This document shows positions 29,721-38,393 of a stretch of DNA of 64,000 bases, piece after piece. The notes below the pieces were generated by a model. It was given only the letters and a program-made list of their open reading frames with translations, had not been told where the DNA came from and searched no databases. The stretch's first letter is position 1. Each line of letters begins with the position of its first letter. A program made the translations under genes and the position numbers. Source of the DNA: an uncultured delta proteobacterium (lineage in GTDB: Bacteria; Desulfobacterota; Binatia; UBA9968); the NCBI GenBank assembly GCA_963745035.1, contig CAVUVW010000013.1:1760001-1824000 (forward strand). The letters run 5' to 3'.

Positions 29721-30737
29721 CTACTTATACAAGCCGTCGATGAAGCCGGAGCGGTCGAACTCCTCCAGAAACCGGGTGTCGACGAAGTCTTTGGGGTTGG
29801 CGGTGCGCGCGGCGGGGACTTTCTCGGCGAGTTCGGCGAATACGGTCTTGAAGCCTTCGAGCGTGGGATAGGGTTTTACCGGAACCAGGCTCTTGAGGAG
29901 CTGATAGCTCTCCTCGAGCTCCTTGGGATCGGTGCTGCGCATGTACTTGCTCAGCGCCTTCTTGGCCAGGTCGGGATTGGTGCGCATGAGATGAATGCCC
30001 TCGAGAAAGGACTTCACGATGCGGCGGTTCAAGTCCGGGTTTGCGGCGACAGACTTCTGCGCGGTCACCAGACCGATGTGCTGGATCGGAATGTCCATCT
30101 CCGCCATGTTGGCGAGGATCTTCATGCCACCGGCGACGGCGTGGTTGTAATAGGGCGGATTCAACAGCGCGGCGTCGATGATGCCGCTCATCATCGCCGC
30201 GATCCGCGCCGGGTCGGCGCCCGGAGTCTGGACGTAGGTCACGTCCCGTTCCGGGTCCAGGCCGAACTTGGCCAGCATCAGCCGGCTGGCGCGGTCCGCC
30301 GCCGAGCCGAAGCGGAAAATCCCGATCCGTTTGCCTTTGAGGTCTTTGGGTGAAGCGATCGAAGGCCGCGCCACCAGCCGGTAGGTGAACTTGTTGACGA
30401 AGCCGGCGAGCATGATGAGATCGGCGCCGGCCAGTTTGGGCGCCGACATGTTGATCGCGGTCATCATCGCGAAATCGATATTGCCGGCGATCAGCGCCTT
30501 CTGCGCCAGGGTGCTTTCCAGATAGAGCACCTCGACATCGATGCCGTTCTTGTCGAAGAGCTTTCCTTCTTTCGTGATCCAGAGCATGGCGACATTGATC
30601 GACGGCGACGCGAAACCCGCGCGCAGGCGGGTGGCCTCCGCGCCGCGGGCGGACGACGCGAGCATGAAAGAGAGCCCGGCGACGACGAACACGCTACAAA
30701 GACAACCTGCGCTCGCTCTGAAAAACCGCAGCCGCAT
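29721..30737 (-). CDS. ABC transporter substrate-binding protein (SsuA/NMT1-like)
   Basis: Signal peptide; GKLFDKNGIDVE, DLKGKRIGI..GS. Confidence 0.88.
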   Translation of the reverse strand: MRLRFFRASAGCLCSVFVVAGLSFMLASSARGAEATRLRAGFASPSINVAMLWITKEGKLFDKNGIDVEVLYLESTLAQKALIAGNIDFAMMTAINMSAPKLAGADLIMLAGFVNKFTYRLVARPSIASPKDLKGKRIGIFRFGSAADRASRLMLAKFGLDPERDVTYVQTPGADPARIAAMMSGIIDAALLNPPYYNHAVAGGMKILANMAEMDIPIQHIGLVTAQKSVAANPDLNRRIVKSFLEGIHLMRTNPDLAKKALSKYMRSTDPKELEESYQLLKSLVPVKPYPTLEGFKTVFAELAEKVPAARTANPKDFVDTRFLEEFDRSGFIDGLYK

Positions 30738-30749
30738 ACCTTTCTCCCC

Positions 30750-31850
30750 TCAGGACAACCAAGGATTGAGTGAAACGTGAATGGCATTTTCGCCGGCGAC
30801 TTCCTGGCCGATCAGCCTGAGCGCATAGTCGGCGTCCTTGAGCGGCACCTCGTGGGTGGTGAGCTGCGCCGCCGCCTCGGGCCGGGCCGCGATGATACTC
30901 AGCGCCCGGCGGATGTCGTCGGACTCGTGGCCCCTGACGCCGATCATCGCGATGCCCCGGCTCGCGATCTTGTCCATCTCGAACTCGACGGTCTGATTGG
31001 GCGTCCGGCCGGCCAGCACCACCGTGCCGCCGCGCCGGACCAGATCGACCGTCGCCTCCTGCGCCTTGATGCTGCCGGTGACATCGACGACCACGTCCGC
31101 CAGCTCGGAACCGAGGATGCTTTTGACCTGTTCGACCAGCGGCGCTCTGTCGGAATAGACCACGTGGGTCGCGCCGAGCTCCTGGGCAACGGCTAACCTC
31201 GCCGCGTCGGTTTCCAGTCCGGCGACCACGATCGGCGCCGCGCCGGCGATGGCGGCGGAGAGGACACAGCCGAGGCCCTGCTGGCCTGGGCCGAGAATCA
31301 CGATGGAGTCGCCGGGGCTCAGCGCCGGCACCCGCTGGGCCCATTTGACGCCGTTGGAAACTGCGGTGTAGAGCACCGCCGCTGTCGGCGCCACCCCGGC
31401 GGGCACGGGGTGAAGAATCGAGTTGGGGTGGAGATACATGTACTGCGCGTAGCCGCCCCAGAGGTGCGGCGGATCGGCCATGCTCGCACTGATGCCGTAG
31501 CTCCGCTTGTTGGCGCAGAGCGTGGCGTTGCCGGTGACGCAATAGCGGCAGCGCTGGCAGGTCACCGGCGCTTCGACCGCCACCAGATCGCCCTCCTTGA
31601 GCTTCCACTCAGCGCTCGCTGCTTTGCCGATGGCGGCGATGCGGCCGACCACTTCGTGCCCCATGATGTGCGGCGGGTTCAAATAGGGCCAGTGATCGAG
31701 CTCCTTATAATAATGATAGTCGCTGCCGCAGATGCCGCAGGCTTCCACTTTCAGCACCGCATCGTCCGCGCCCGGATTGGGCACGGCGAACTCGCGCATC
31801 TCGAAGCGGCGCTTGTCGACGATCACGGCGGCCTGGGATTTCTTATCCAT
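30750..31850 (-). CDS. Zinc-dependent alcohol dehydrogenase (MDR family)
   Basis: CGICGSD, GHE, CxxCxxC...C, GPGQQG. Confidence 0.92.
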   Translation of the reverse strand: MDKKSQAAVIVDKRRFEMREFAVPNPGADDAVLKVEACGICGSDYHYYKELDHWPYLNPPHIMGHEVVGRIAAIGKAASAEWKLKEGDLVAVEAPVTCQRCRYCVTGNATLCANKRSYGISASMADPPHLWGGYAQYMYLHPNSILHPVPAGVAPTAAVLYTAVSNGVKWAQRVPALSPGDSIVILGPGQQGLGCVLSAAIAGAAPIVVAGLETDAARLAVAQELGATHVVYSDRAPLVEQVKSILGSELADVVVDVTGSIKAQEATVDLVRRGGTVVLAGRTPNQTVEFEMDKIASRGIAMIGVRGHESDDIRRALSIIAARPEAAAQLTTHEVPLKDADYALRLIGQEVAGENAIHVSLNPWLS

Positions 31851-31894
31851 CGGCGGGCTCCTCGCGGTGCGTGTAGTGTTCAATGCGACCGGTT

Positions 31895-32996
31895 TCAGTC
31901 GCGCCAGGGGTTGATCGCGACGTGGATCGCCTCCTCGCCCGGGATCTCCTGGCCGATCAGCCTGAGGGCGAGATCGGCTTCCTTGAGCGACACCTCGTGG
32001 GTGAGCAGCTTCGACAGTTGATTCCGGCGCGCGGCGATCACGGCCAGCGATTTTCTCACATCTTCCGACTCGTGGGCGCGCACGCCGATCATCTTGATGC
32101 CGCGGCTGGCGAGCTTGTCCATGACGAAGGGAATTTTCTTTTTGGGCGTGCGCCCGCCGAGCACCACCGTGCCGCCGCGCCGGACCAGATCGACCGCGGC
32201 CGCCTGGGCGGCCGTGCTGCCGGTGACATCGACGACCACGTCGGCCATCTCCGGACCGAGGATTTTCTTGACCTGATCGGCCAGCGGCTCGCGGTCGGAA
32301 AAGATCGTGTGCGTCGCGCCCAGCGCCGTGGCCACTTCCAAACGCTTGGCGTCGCGCTCCAGGCCGGCGACGATAATGGGATTGGCTCCGGTCATGGAAC
32401 TCGCCAGCACGCAACCCAACCCCTGCTGGCCCGGCCCCAGGATGACGATGGCATCGCCCAGACTGAGCGCGGGAATGCGCTGGGCCCACTTGACGCCGTT
32501 GGCGATCGGACTGAACAGCACCGCTTCGTGTTCGGAGATTCCGGCGGGCACGACGTGCAGGATCGCGTCGGGATGGAGATACATGTACTGGGAGTAGCCG
32601 CCCCACAAATACGGCGGCTCCTTCATGCTGGCGCTCATGCCGTAGCTGCGCTTGGTCGAGCAGAGCGAAGAGTTGCCGGTGGTGCAGTAGCGGCAGCGGT
32701 GGCAGGTGATCGCCGACTCGACGATGACCAGATCACCCTCCTTCACGTTCCAATGCCTGGCGGCTTGCGGCGCTGATGTCGTTGATGCGCCCGACCACCT
32801 CGTGGCCGAGGATCTGCGGCGGCGACTGGTACGGCCAGTGGTGCCCCTCGGTATAATAGTGATAGTCGCTGCCGCAAATGCCGCACAGCTCGACCTTCAG
32901 GATCGCGTCCGCCTCGGCCGGCTTGGGCACGGCGAAATGGCGCATCTCGATCTTGCGTCTGTCGGTCACGACCGCGGTCAGGGATTGCTCTGCCAT
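31895..32996 (-). CDS. Zinc-dependent alcohol dehydrogenase, tandem paralogue (one frameshift near 32750)
   Basis: Same motifs split over two frames. Confidence 0.85.
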
Positions 32997-33280
32997 GAAG
33001 TGCTCCGTTCAACGTGAGTGGGGCTTTAAAGAATAGCGGTTCGGCAAGGTGCGAAGATTACCGAGCGACTCGGCCCGGCTTCATCCATATCGCGGCGCGC
33101 CCAAGCGATGCAAGGATGCCTGCCCTGCTGCGACGGCTCGCAGAGAGCGGTGTTGCCGCTAATGAGACCAACTCTCCTCAACGTCTCTGAAGCGAAACCC
33201 GTTCAAATCGTTCAAGCCGTTCAAGCGTAGACTTGTTCAACGGTTCAATTGTTCAAAAGTTCAACGTCAGATTCTCGGAG

Positions 33281-33332
33281 GGGGAACTTCCACGTTTCGA
33301 GAATTCTCGAAACGTCGAAATGTGAAGTCAGG
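33281..33332. repeat. Palindromic element, copy 11 (consensus), with CGTTCAA tract 33199-33267 and AGGCA tract after
   Basis: ggggaacttccacgtttcgagaattctcgaaacgtcgaaatgtgaagtcagg. Confidence 0.94.
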
Positions 33333-33380
33333 TATGAGGCATTAGCCAATAGGCAACAGTAAAACGCGGAGCGGTCAAAA

Positions 33381-33701
33381 TTATTCTACGCGCAACAATT
33401 GGCCCGGCCTGGCCTTGGGAATCGTGGCGAGCAAATTTGGAACTAGTGGAAGAATATCTTCGAGAGCATTGCTCGGCGCGATAAGCAGGATGATGCCGAG
33501 CCGAGACTGGGAGAGGTTTTGCTGAAATTGGAGGTTGCGATCCGCGGTCACCAGAACTTCAAAGCCTGCGTCAGCAGCCACACGAAGCAGCTCGCCATTC
33601 TTGAATCCAGCCCATCCGCGCTGCTGGACGGTGCTTACGTTGTGACCGCCGATTTCTCCGGCAAGATGACGCGGCAATTGCTCATCGAGTAGCACGCGCA
33701 T
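33381..33701 (-). CDS. DUF5615 PIN-like toxin
   Basis: MRVLLDEQLP...GWAG.KNGELL...LVTADRNL.FQQN. Confidence 0.88.
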   Translation of the reverse strand: MRVLLDEQLPRHLAGEIGGHNVSTVQQRGWAGFKNGELLRVAADAGFEVLVTADRNLQFQQNLSQSRLGIILLIAPSNALEDILPLVPNLLATIPKARPGQLLRVE

Positions 33702-33909
33702 CGGCCGTCAAAACCTCGTGAGCGTTCTCAAGAACCCTAATCGCTTGTTCCTTCGACACCGATGGAAACGCGTCGAGAAACTCATCGATGTCATGGCCAC
33801 GCTCGAGATAGTCGAAAAGGTTACGCAGCGGTACTCGCGTACCGATGAAAACGGGAGTTCCACCCAATATCTCCGGGTCGCTATGCACGACCGAAGGACG
33901 GTTGGTCAT
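33682..33909 (-). CDS. DUF433 antitoxin
   Basis: DPEILGGTPVFIGTRVP. Confidence 0.9.
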   Translation of the reverse strand: MTNRPSVVHSDPEILGGTPVFIGTRVPLRNLFDYLERGHDIDEFLDAFPSVSKEQAIRVLENAHEVLTADARATR

Positions 33910-34104
33910 GAACACCTCCTCTCCAAAAATACGTCCCTGCCGGTGCGTTTAATATATCCTAGGCTGAATGGCCGTCCAAATGGGGGAAAGGGGCCGTAGT
34001 CATTTCGGAAACTGCCGTGAGAGCGTAATCGTGGTCCGACAAAGAACGTGATCGTGGTCGGGAAAATGCCGTGTTCGTGTTCGAGCAACTACCGTGATCG
34101 TGGG

Positions 34105-34457
34105 TTACTTCCTAGCGAACTGGGAGAGACGAGAAAGCATTTGAATGACGCGATCGTAGCCGCTCCTTAATTCTTGATAGGTTTCGTTAGAGGTGTAGTT
34201 TAGATCACGAGCCAGAAGGAGCTGGTAGCAGACCTCCCCTGCCGATCCGCGGGCTATGCCGACGAACTGGCGGTATTCCTTTGTGCCGAGCCTCATGGCG
34301 CCCTCCATCAGGTTCATACCCACAGACCGGCAGCTCGTCTGGTTTGATCCCCCAAACTGAACAATTCTTCTTTTGGAAATGCTTTGGTGGCCGCGTATGT
34401 TTTCAACGCTAATTGGTGGGCGAGTTTAAATACGTCGAGATCCTCTACGTTGTTCAT
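34105..34457 (-). pseudogene. Four-helix-bundle subfamily A copy (one frameshift)
   Basis: MNNVEDLDVFKLAHQ + GMNLMEGAMRLGTKEY; CGTG tract 34016-34102, CACG tract 34476-34553. Confidence 0.85.
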
Positions 34458-34719
34458 CCTGTCCCTCCGAGAAGCGACGATCACGAAACATGACCACGTT
34501 CTCCTCATGCCCTCCTCGAGGACGAGCACGTATCACGAACACGTTTCTCACGGCTACTCCCCCGTCTCTGGCGGGATCGGCGTCCGACAAACAACGTGAT
34601 CGGTTCGTGATCCGTGGTCGTGATCGTATGCGGAAAAGAACCCGTGGACGGCGTTATCGATATTGAGCGGGCTCTTGAACCGACGGGGTTGCGACCGCCG
34701 GCGCCCATCATGGCGCTCG

Positions 34720-35415
34720 TCAAGGTTGCGTGAAAGCGGTCGGTCCGATGAACGACTCGGCGCTGGAGCGCGTATCGTCCGAATCGATCGCAAGCGAGAG
34801 AGCGCTAGGTTTGTCCGGCGCCTCGCCATAGATCTTACGGAAGTCTTCGACGACATTGCGGCGCTCGGTGATCCATTTGCCGAGTTCGCCGGAGCCCGAG
34901 CGCAGGACGACATAAGTCACCGTGGAGGTCTTCTCGCTCTTGCAGATCGTGCCAGCCGGTGCCGTCGAATCCCAAACGTAGCCGATGATGCGCGAGCGCA
35001 CCGCCTCCGGGGCGCGCAGCCAGGCGACGTAAACCTGAGCGGCCTGGTCGTCGGTCGACTTCTGGCAGGCATTGCCGCCGGTGGGAAGCGTGACGACCTT
35101 CCATCTCCACTCGAGGATTGGCGTCTCTTTGAGATCGACCGAAGCTTTGAGGTCGCGACTGATTGTAGAAGTCTCACCCTTGCTCCTCAGGTGCAGGACC
35201 GGCTGACCGTTGTCCGACGCGATCTCAAGGTCGTAGGCGGGCTTTCCCCAGGTCTGCTCCTTCCAGTCGCCCGGGATGGTCCGCGTACCGAGCGGATACG
35301 AGCGCCAGTCCTCGACGACGACGCGATCGGCCGCCCAGGCGGTGGCAAGCACGGCGCAGGCGACGGCTAAAGCGGCTCGGCGCGCACGAGTCGAATTCAT
35401 GGCTTTGTGGCTCAT
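34720..35415 (-). CDS. DUF3047 domain exported protein
   Basis: TPILEWRWKV, DDQAAQVYV, YVWDS, WITERRNV.EDF, DSDDT. Confidence 0.85.
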   Translation of the reverse strand: MSHKAMNSTRARRAALAVACAVLATAWAADRVVVEDWRSYPLGTRTIPGDWKEQTWGKPAYDLEIASDNGQPVLHLRSKGETSTISRDLKASVDLKETPILEWRWKVVTLPTGGNACQKSTDDQAAQVYVAWLRAPEAVRSRIIGYVWDSTAPAGTICKSEKTSTVTYVVLRSGSGELGKWITERRNVVEDFRKIYGEAPDKPSALSLAIDSDDTRSSAESFIGPTAFTQP

Positions 35416-35627
35416 CGTTCTGTCCGCTGCCCCAGACACCCAGCATTTCCTGGAGGCAAGGACGGGTCAAGGCCAGAAAAGAAAATTTCTACGTCAAGTC
35501 TTTACTGTCCAGCCTACTGCACCGGGAACGACACTTTTATAGGGCTGATTCACGCCAAACCGTGATCGTGCTCGTGATGCGTGGTCGTCGACACTCTAAA
35601 GGCAAGAGGCAGAAGGATAGGGATAGA

Positions 35628-35867
35628 CTACAACTTCGGATTTTTCGATTTAGCTTTGGTGTTTCGGACGATACTGACGAATATTCCTTTCAGTTCGCCG
35701 GTCTCCTTTCTGACGGCGGCCAATTTCTCTTCCGGAAAAAATCCAGATTCGCCGAGCAATTCCAACCAGTATTCGGTCTCCTCTAATTCCTGCAAGGAGC
35801 CTTCCATCTTGCTGATGAAATCGGCGTTAGATTTGGCTCGTGACGCCTCACGATACTGCGCGCCGAC
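35628..35867 (-). pseudogene. 5'-truncated four-helix-bundle subfamily B fragment
   Basis: VGAQYREASRAKSNADFISKMEGSLQELEETEYW...NPKL*; AAGG tract 35598-35626. Confidence 0.85.
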
Positions 35868-35922
35868 AGAAGTTGTTTAACCATTGTCTTTAATCTCGTT
35901 GAATCCATCATTCGGGCGATTC

Positions 35923-36483
35923 TCACGCTTTTCCGTTCTTGGGGATGAACTTCAGCGCGACGCCATTGTTGCACCAGCGTTTTCCGGTTGGCTGAGGCCC
36001 GTCATCGAAAATGTGGCCATGGTGGCCGGCGCAACGGGCGCAGTGATACTCGGTGCGCGGCAGGACGAGCTTGAAATCCGTGCTGGTGCCGAATACTCCC
36101 GGAATGGTCGTGAAAAAGCTCGGCCAACCTGTGCCGCTCTCGTATTTCATAGCAGAAGTAAACAGCGGCAAATCACAACCGGCGCATGCGAATACACCGG
36201 GGCGCTTCTCGTTGTTTAGCGGGCTGGAGCCGGGGCGTTCGGTCCCCTCTTCGCGCAGGATGTTGAACTGCGCGGCGCCTAAACGCTTGCGCCATTCCTC
36301 CTTCGATAGCTTTAGAGGCTCGTTGGGCAGTGGCACTTTGATGCCGTCGGCCAGCAGCGCCTTCCAGTTCTTCTGCATGTTTTCGACTTCCTTCATCGAG
36401 GGCTGCGCGGCGAAGCCGATACCTCTGAAAACATTCCACATACCTGCAGCAAGCAAACCTTGTAATATTTGCCGGCGTGTCAT
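35923..36483 (-). CDS. msrB: Peptide-methionine (R)-S-oxide reductase with Tat-like leader
   Basis: GTERP, KYESGTGWPSF, GHIFDDGP.PTGKRWCNNG. Confidence 0.95.
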   Translation of the reverse strand: MTRRQILQGLLAAGMWNVFRGIGFAAQPSMKEVENMQKNWKALLADGIKVPLPNEPLKLSKEEWRKRLGAAQFNILREEGTERPGSSPLNNEKRPGVFACAGCDLPLFTSAMKYESGTGWPSFFTTIPGVFGTSTDFKLVLPRTEYHCARCAGHHGHIFDDGPQPTGKRWCNNGVALKFIPKNGKA

Positions 36484-36705
36484 AAGCGGCCGCCTTTCAT
36501 ACAGTCCTTGGACCGGTCCGACGTGCTTTTACGTCGCAATCATATCGCTAAAAGATTTGTAGGCAAATAGTATCGATAACGGCAGACGTTGCAGAGCAAC
36601 GCGGTTCAAAGTTCAATTTTCAATTAATACCGAAGTCGGTTCCAAAGGTTCCAACCGTTTCAAACGTTCCAAACGTCAACCGGGTTCAAAGTTCAACGTC
36701 GCACT

Positions 36706-36730
36706 GGGAACTTCCACGTTTCGAGAATTC
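36706..36730. repeat. Left half of the palindromic element (ends at the centre GAATTC)
   Basis: gggaacttccacgtttcgagaattc|cccttaag; GTTC(C/A)A tract 36603-36697. Confidence 0.85.
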
Positions 36731-36777
36731 CCCTTAAGGGAATAAGACGTGAGCGTGATCGTGATTCGTGACCGTGT

Positions 36778-37165
36778 CTACCGGTTAAGAGTCTGCGATA
36801 GGCGGGAGAGCATCTGAACCACCCGATCGTAACCTGCGCGGAGGTCCCGATAGAGGTCTTCGCTGATATACTGAAGATCCTTGGCCAGCAGCAGTTGATA
36901 AGAGACTTCACCGGCAGAACCTTTCGCGTAGAACTACCGCGGCCAGTTCAAACACGTTCAACCGCTGCGCTCAGTTCCAATCGTTTCAGACTCGCATCGT
37001 TGCTAACTCTGAAATTTGGCAGAATGAAGATAGAAGCCGCCGCTCGTCGCATCTGATCGACCAGGCTATAGACTTCTTCCCGGGGACATTGTTGGTAACC
37101 GAATGAATCTTCAGAGCCAGCTCGTGCGCCAATTTGAAGACATCGAGGTCTTCCACGCTCTTCAT
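36778..37165 (-). pseudogene. Four-helix-bundle subfamily A gene with its middle replaced by a CGTTCAA-type segment
   Basis: 5' MKSVEDLDVFKLAHE...QMRRAAAS; 3' AKGSAGEVSYQLLLAKDL...SQTLNR*; insert ~36929-37028. Confidence 0.8.
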
Positions 37166-37207
37166 CGTCTTGCCACGAAAACACGAACACGAGCACGGTT
37201 CTTTCTT

Positions 37208-37366
37208 CTACGGCTTTTCAGCGACGACTTTGCCGTTTTTCCAAACATAGACCGGTGTTCCGTGCATGCGGGCGGTCTTTCGCGCGACCTTGGCGGCTCG
37301 CCGCAGCGCACGGCCGACAGCACGAGTCAGCGGTGAGGGCACGATTTTCTTAGATTCTGTCTTCAT
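37208..37366 (-). CDS. Small putative antitoxin partner of the zeta-like toxin (52 aa)
   Basis: ALRRAAKVARKTARMHGTPVYVWKNGKVV; ATGA overlap with the upstream gene. Confidence 0.72.
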   Translation of the reverse strand: MKTESKKIVPSPLTRAVGRALRRAAKVARKTARMHGTPVYVWKNGKVVAEKP

Positions 37367-37893
37367 GGTCCTTGTTCAATCACTATTGGTTTAACACCAG
37401 AGTTATCATACACGGTCCATTGATCGGCTAAAAGCCGATAATGACTCTCGAAGTTTTTCAAGCTACGCGTAAAACGCCGGAGCACATCGGCCCGCGGGAC
37501 GTCATGTCCCCCCTGTTTAACTCGCGCGGCGATACGTCGTAAAGCCAATCGTGGTGATGATATGCGCAGATAGATTACCTCAATGCGATAGCCGGTCCTT
37601 TTCCAGTGCGTGAGCCGATTGAGGTAAATTAATCCACTCAAGGTGCTCTCGAACGCAAAATCATTCTTCCCTTTGGCAAGCCGATCCAATTCACCGAGAA
37701 AAAGGCGCCCTGCCGCGAGGGCGGCAAGTTCAGGTCGCAGCGGCGAGAGTCCCCCCGCAATCAGGTCAGGATTGACGAAGTGAACGACGCCTGCTTCCTT
37801 GGTCAAAAATTCACGCGCAAAAGTCGTTTTGCCGGCGCCGTTCGGTCCGGCGATGATGATGCAGCGTGGCGACAAGCGTGTCGATTTGGCCAT
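37363..37893 (-). CDS. Zeta-toxin-like P-loop kinase/ATPase
   Basis: IIAGPNGAGKTT, FVNPDLIA, FAFESTLSG, RVKQGGHDVP. Confidence 0.88.
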   Translation of the reverse strand: MAKSTRLSPRCIIIAGPNGAGKTTFAREFLTKEAGVVHFVNPDLIAGGLSPLRPELAALAAGRLFLGELDRLAKGKNDFAFESTLSGLIYLNRLTHWKRTGYRIEVIYLRISSPRLALRRIAARVKQGGHDVPRADVLRRFTRSLKNFESHYRLLADQWTVYDNSGVKPIVIEQGP

Positions 37894-37912
37894 TGCAGTC
37901 GGCAGTAAGCGC

Positions 37913-38383
37913 CTACGGCTCTTCATACCCGAGGGGCCGGAGCTTGAGCTCGAATTGCCGCGGATCTCTGCTAAAGAAAATACCGGCGCGCTTTTTCGAG
38001 CCCGGCGGCAGGAATTCGATTGCCGTTTCGCTGCGCTCGACCACGTCGGCGCCGCTGCGAAGCTCCCCTTCCACGGTGACGCCCTGGGCGGTCAGGCCGC
38101 CCTCGTTGATCGCGGTAAATTGCACCAGATAGCCGTTTCGCAGCCGCACCACCGCATCCACCGACAGTTTGACGTCGGGGAGCGGATGATCGTTATTGAT
38201 CGCTGCATACAAAAAAAATCCGAGCACGCCGGCAATGATCACAAACCCGATTCCCCCGACGATCCATTCCAGGGTGGGAATGGCTTGAGCTTCACTCCGG
38301 GGAGAACCGGCCCGCGAGCCCGTCGCCGCGGTTTCGCCCCCACCCTGCCGCTGTCTTTGCTCGTGTTTTTTTCCGCGCGCCAT
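37913..38383 (-). CDS. TIGR02588-family protein
   Basis: LEWIVGGIG...NEGG.TA..V.VEGEL...FLPPGS...FF..DP; paired with TIGR02587. Confidence 0.8.
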   Translation of the reverse strand: MARGKKHEQRQRQGGGETAATGSRAGSPRSEAQAIPTLEWIVGGIGFVIIAGVLGFFLYAAINNDHPLPDVKLSVDAVVRLRNGYLVQFTAINEGGLTAQGVTVEGELRSGADVVERSETAIEFLPPGSKKRAGIFFSRDPRQFELKLRPLGYEEP

Positions 38384-38393
38384 ATAAGCTTGG

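Noticed and set aside
30750-32606. 618-aa fused dehydrogenase, and similarly extended adk, rplE, rplC, rplO and rpsS ORFs
   Set aside because: The N-terminal extensions are off-frame read-through of upstream genes; true starts were assigned manually.
17463-34457. Programmed frameshifting in ArsR, HicA, ADH, RT and four-helix genes
   Set aside because: Single-base indels are scattered and also hit core genes such as rplW, so long-read error is the simpler explanation.
14382-36730. CRISPR array interpretation of the palindromic repeats
   Set aside because: Spacing is irregular (0.2-8 kb), the intervals contain whole genes, and no cas genes are present.
14382-36730. Classical integron attC sites
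   Set aside because: No RYYYAAC/GTTRRRY core boxes, the sequence is too invariant at the hairpin tip, and no tyrosine integrase is in the window.
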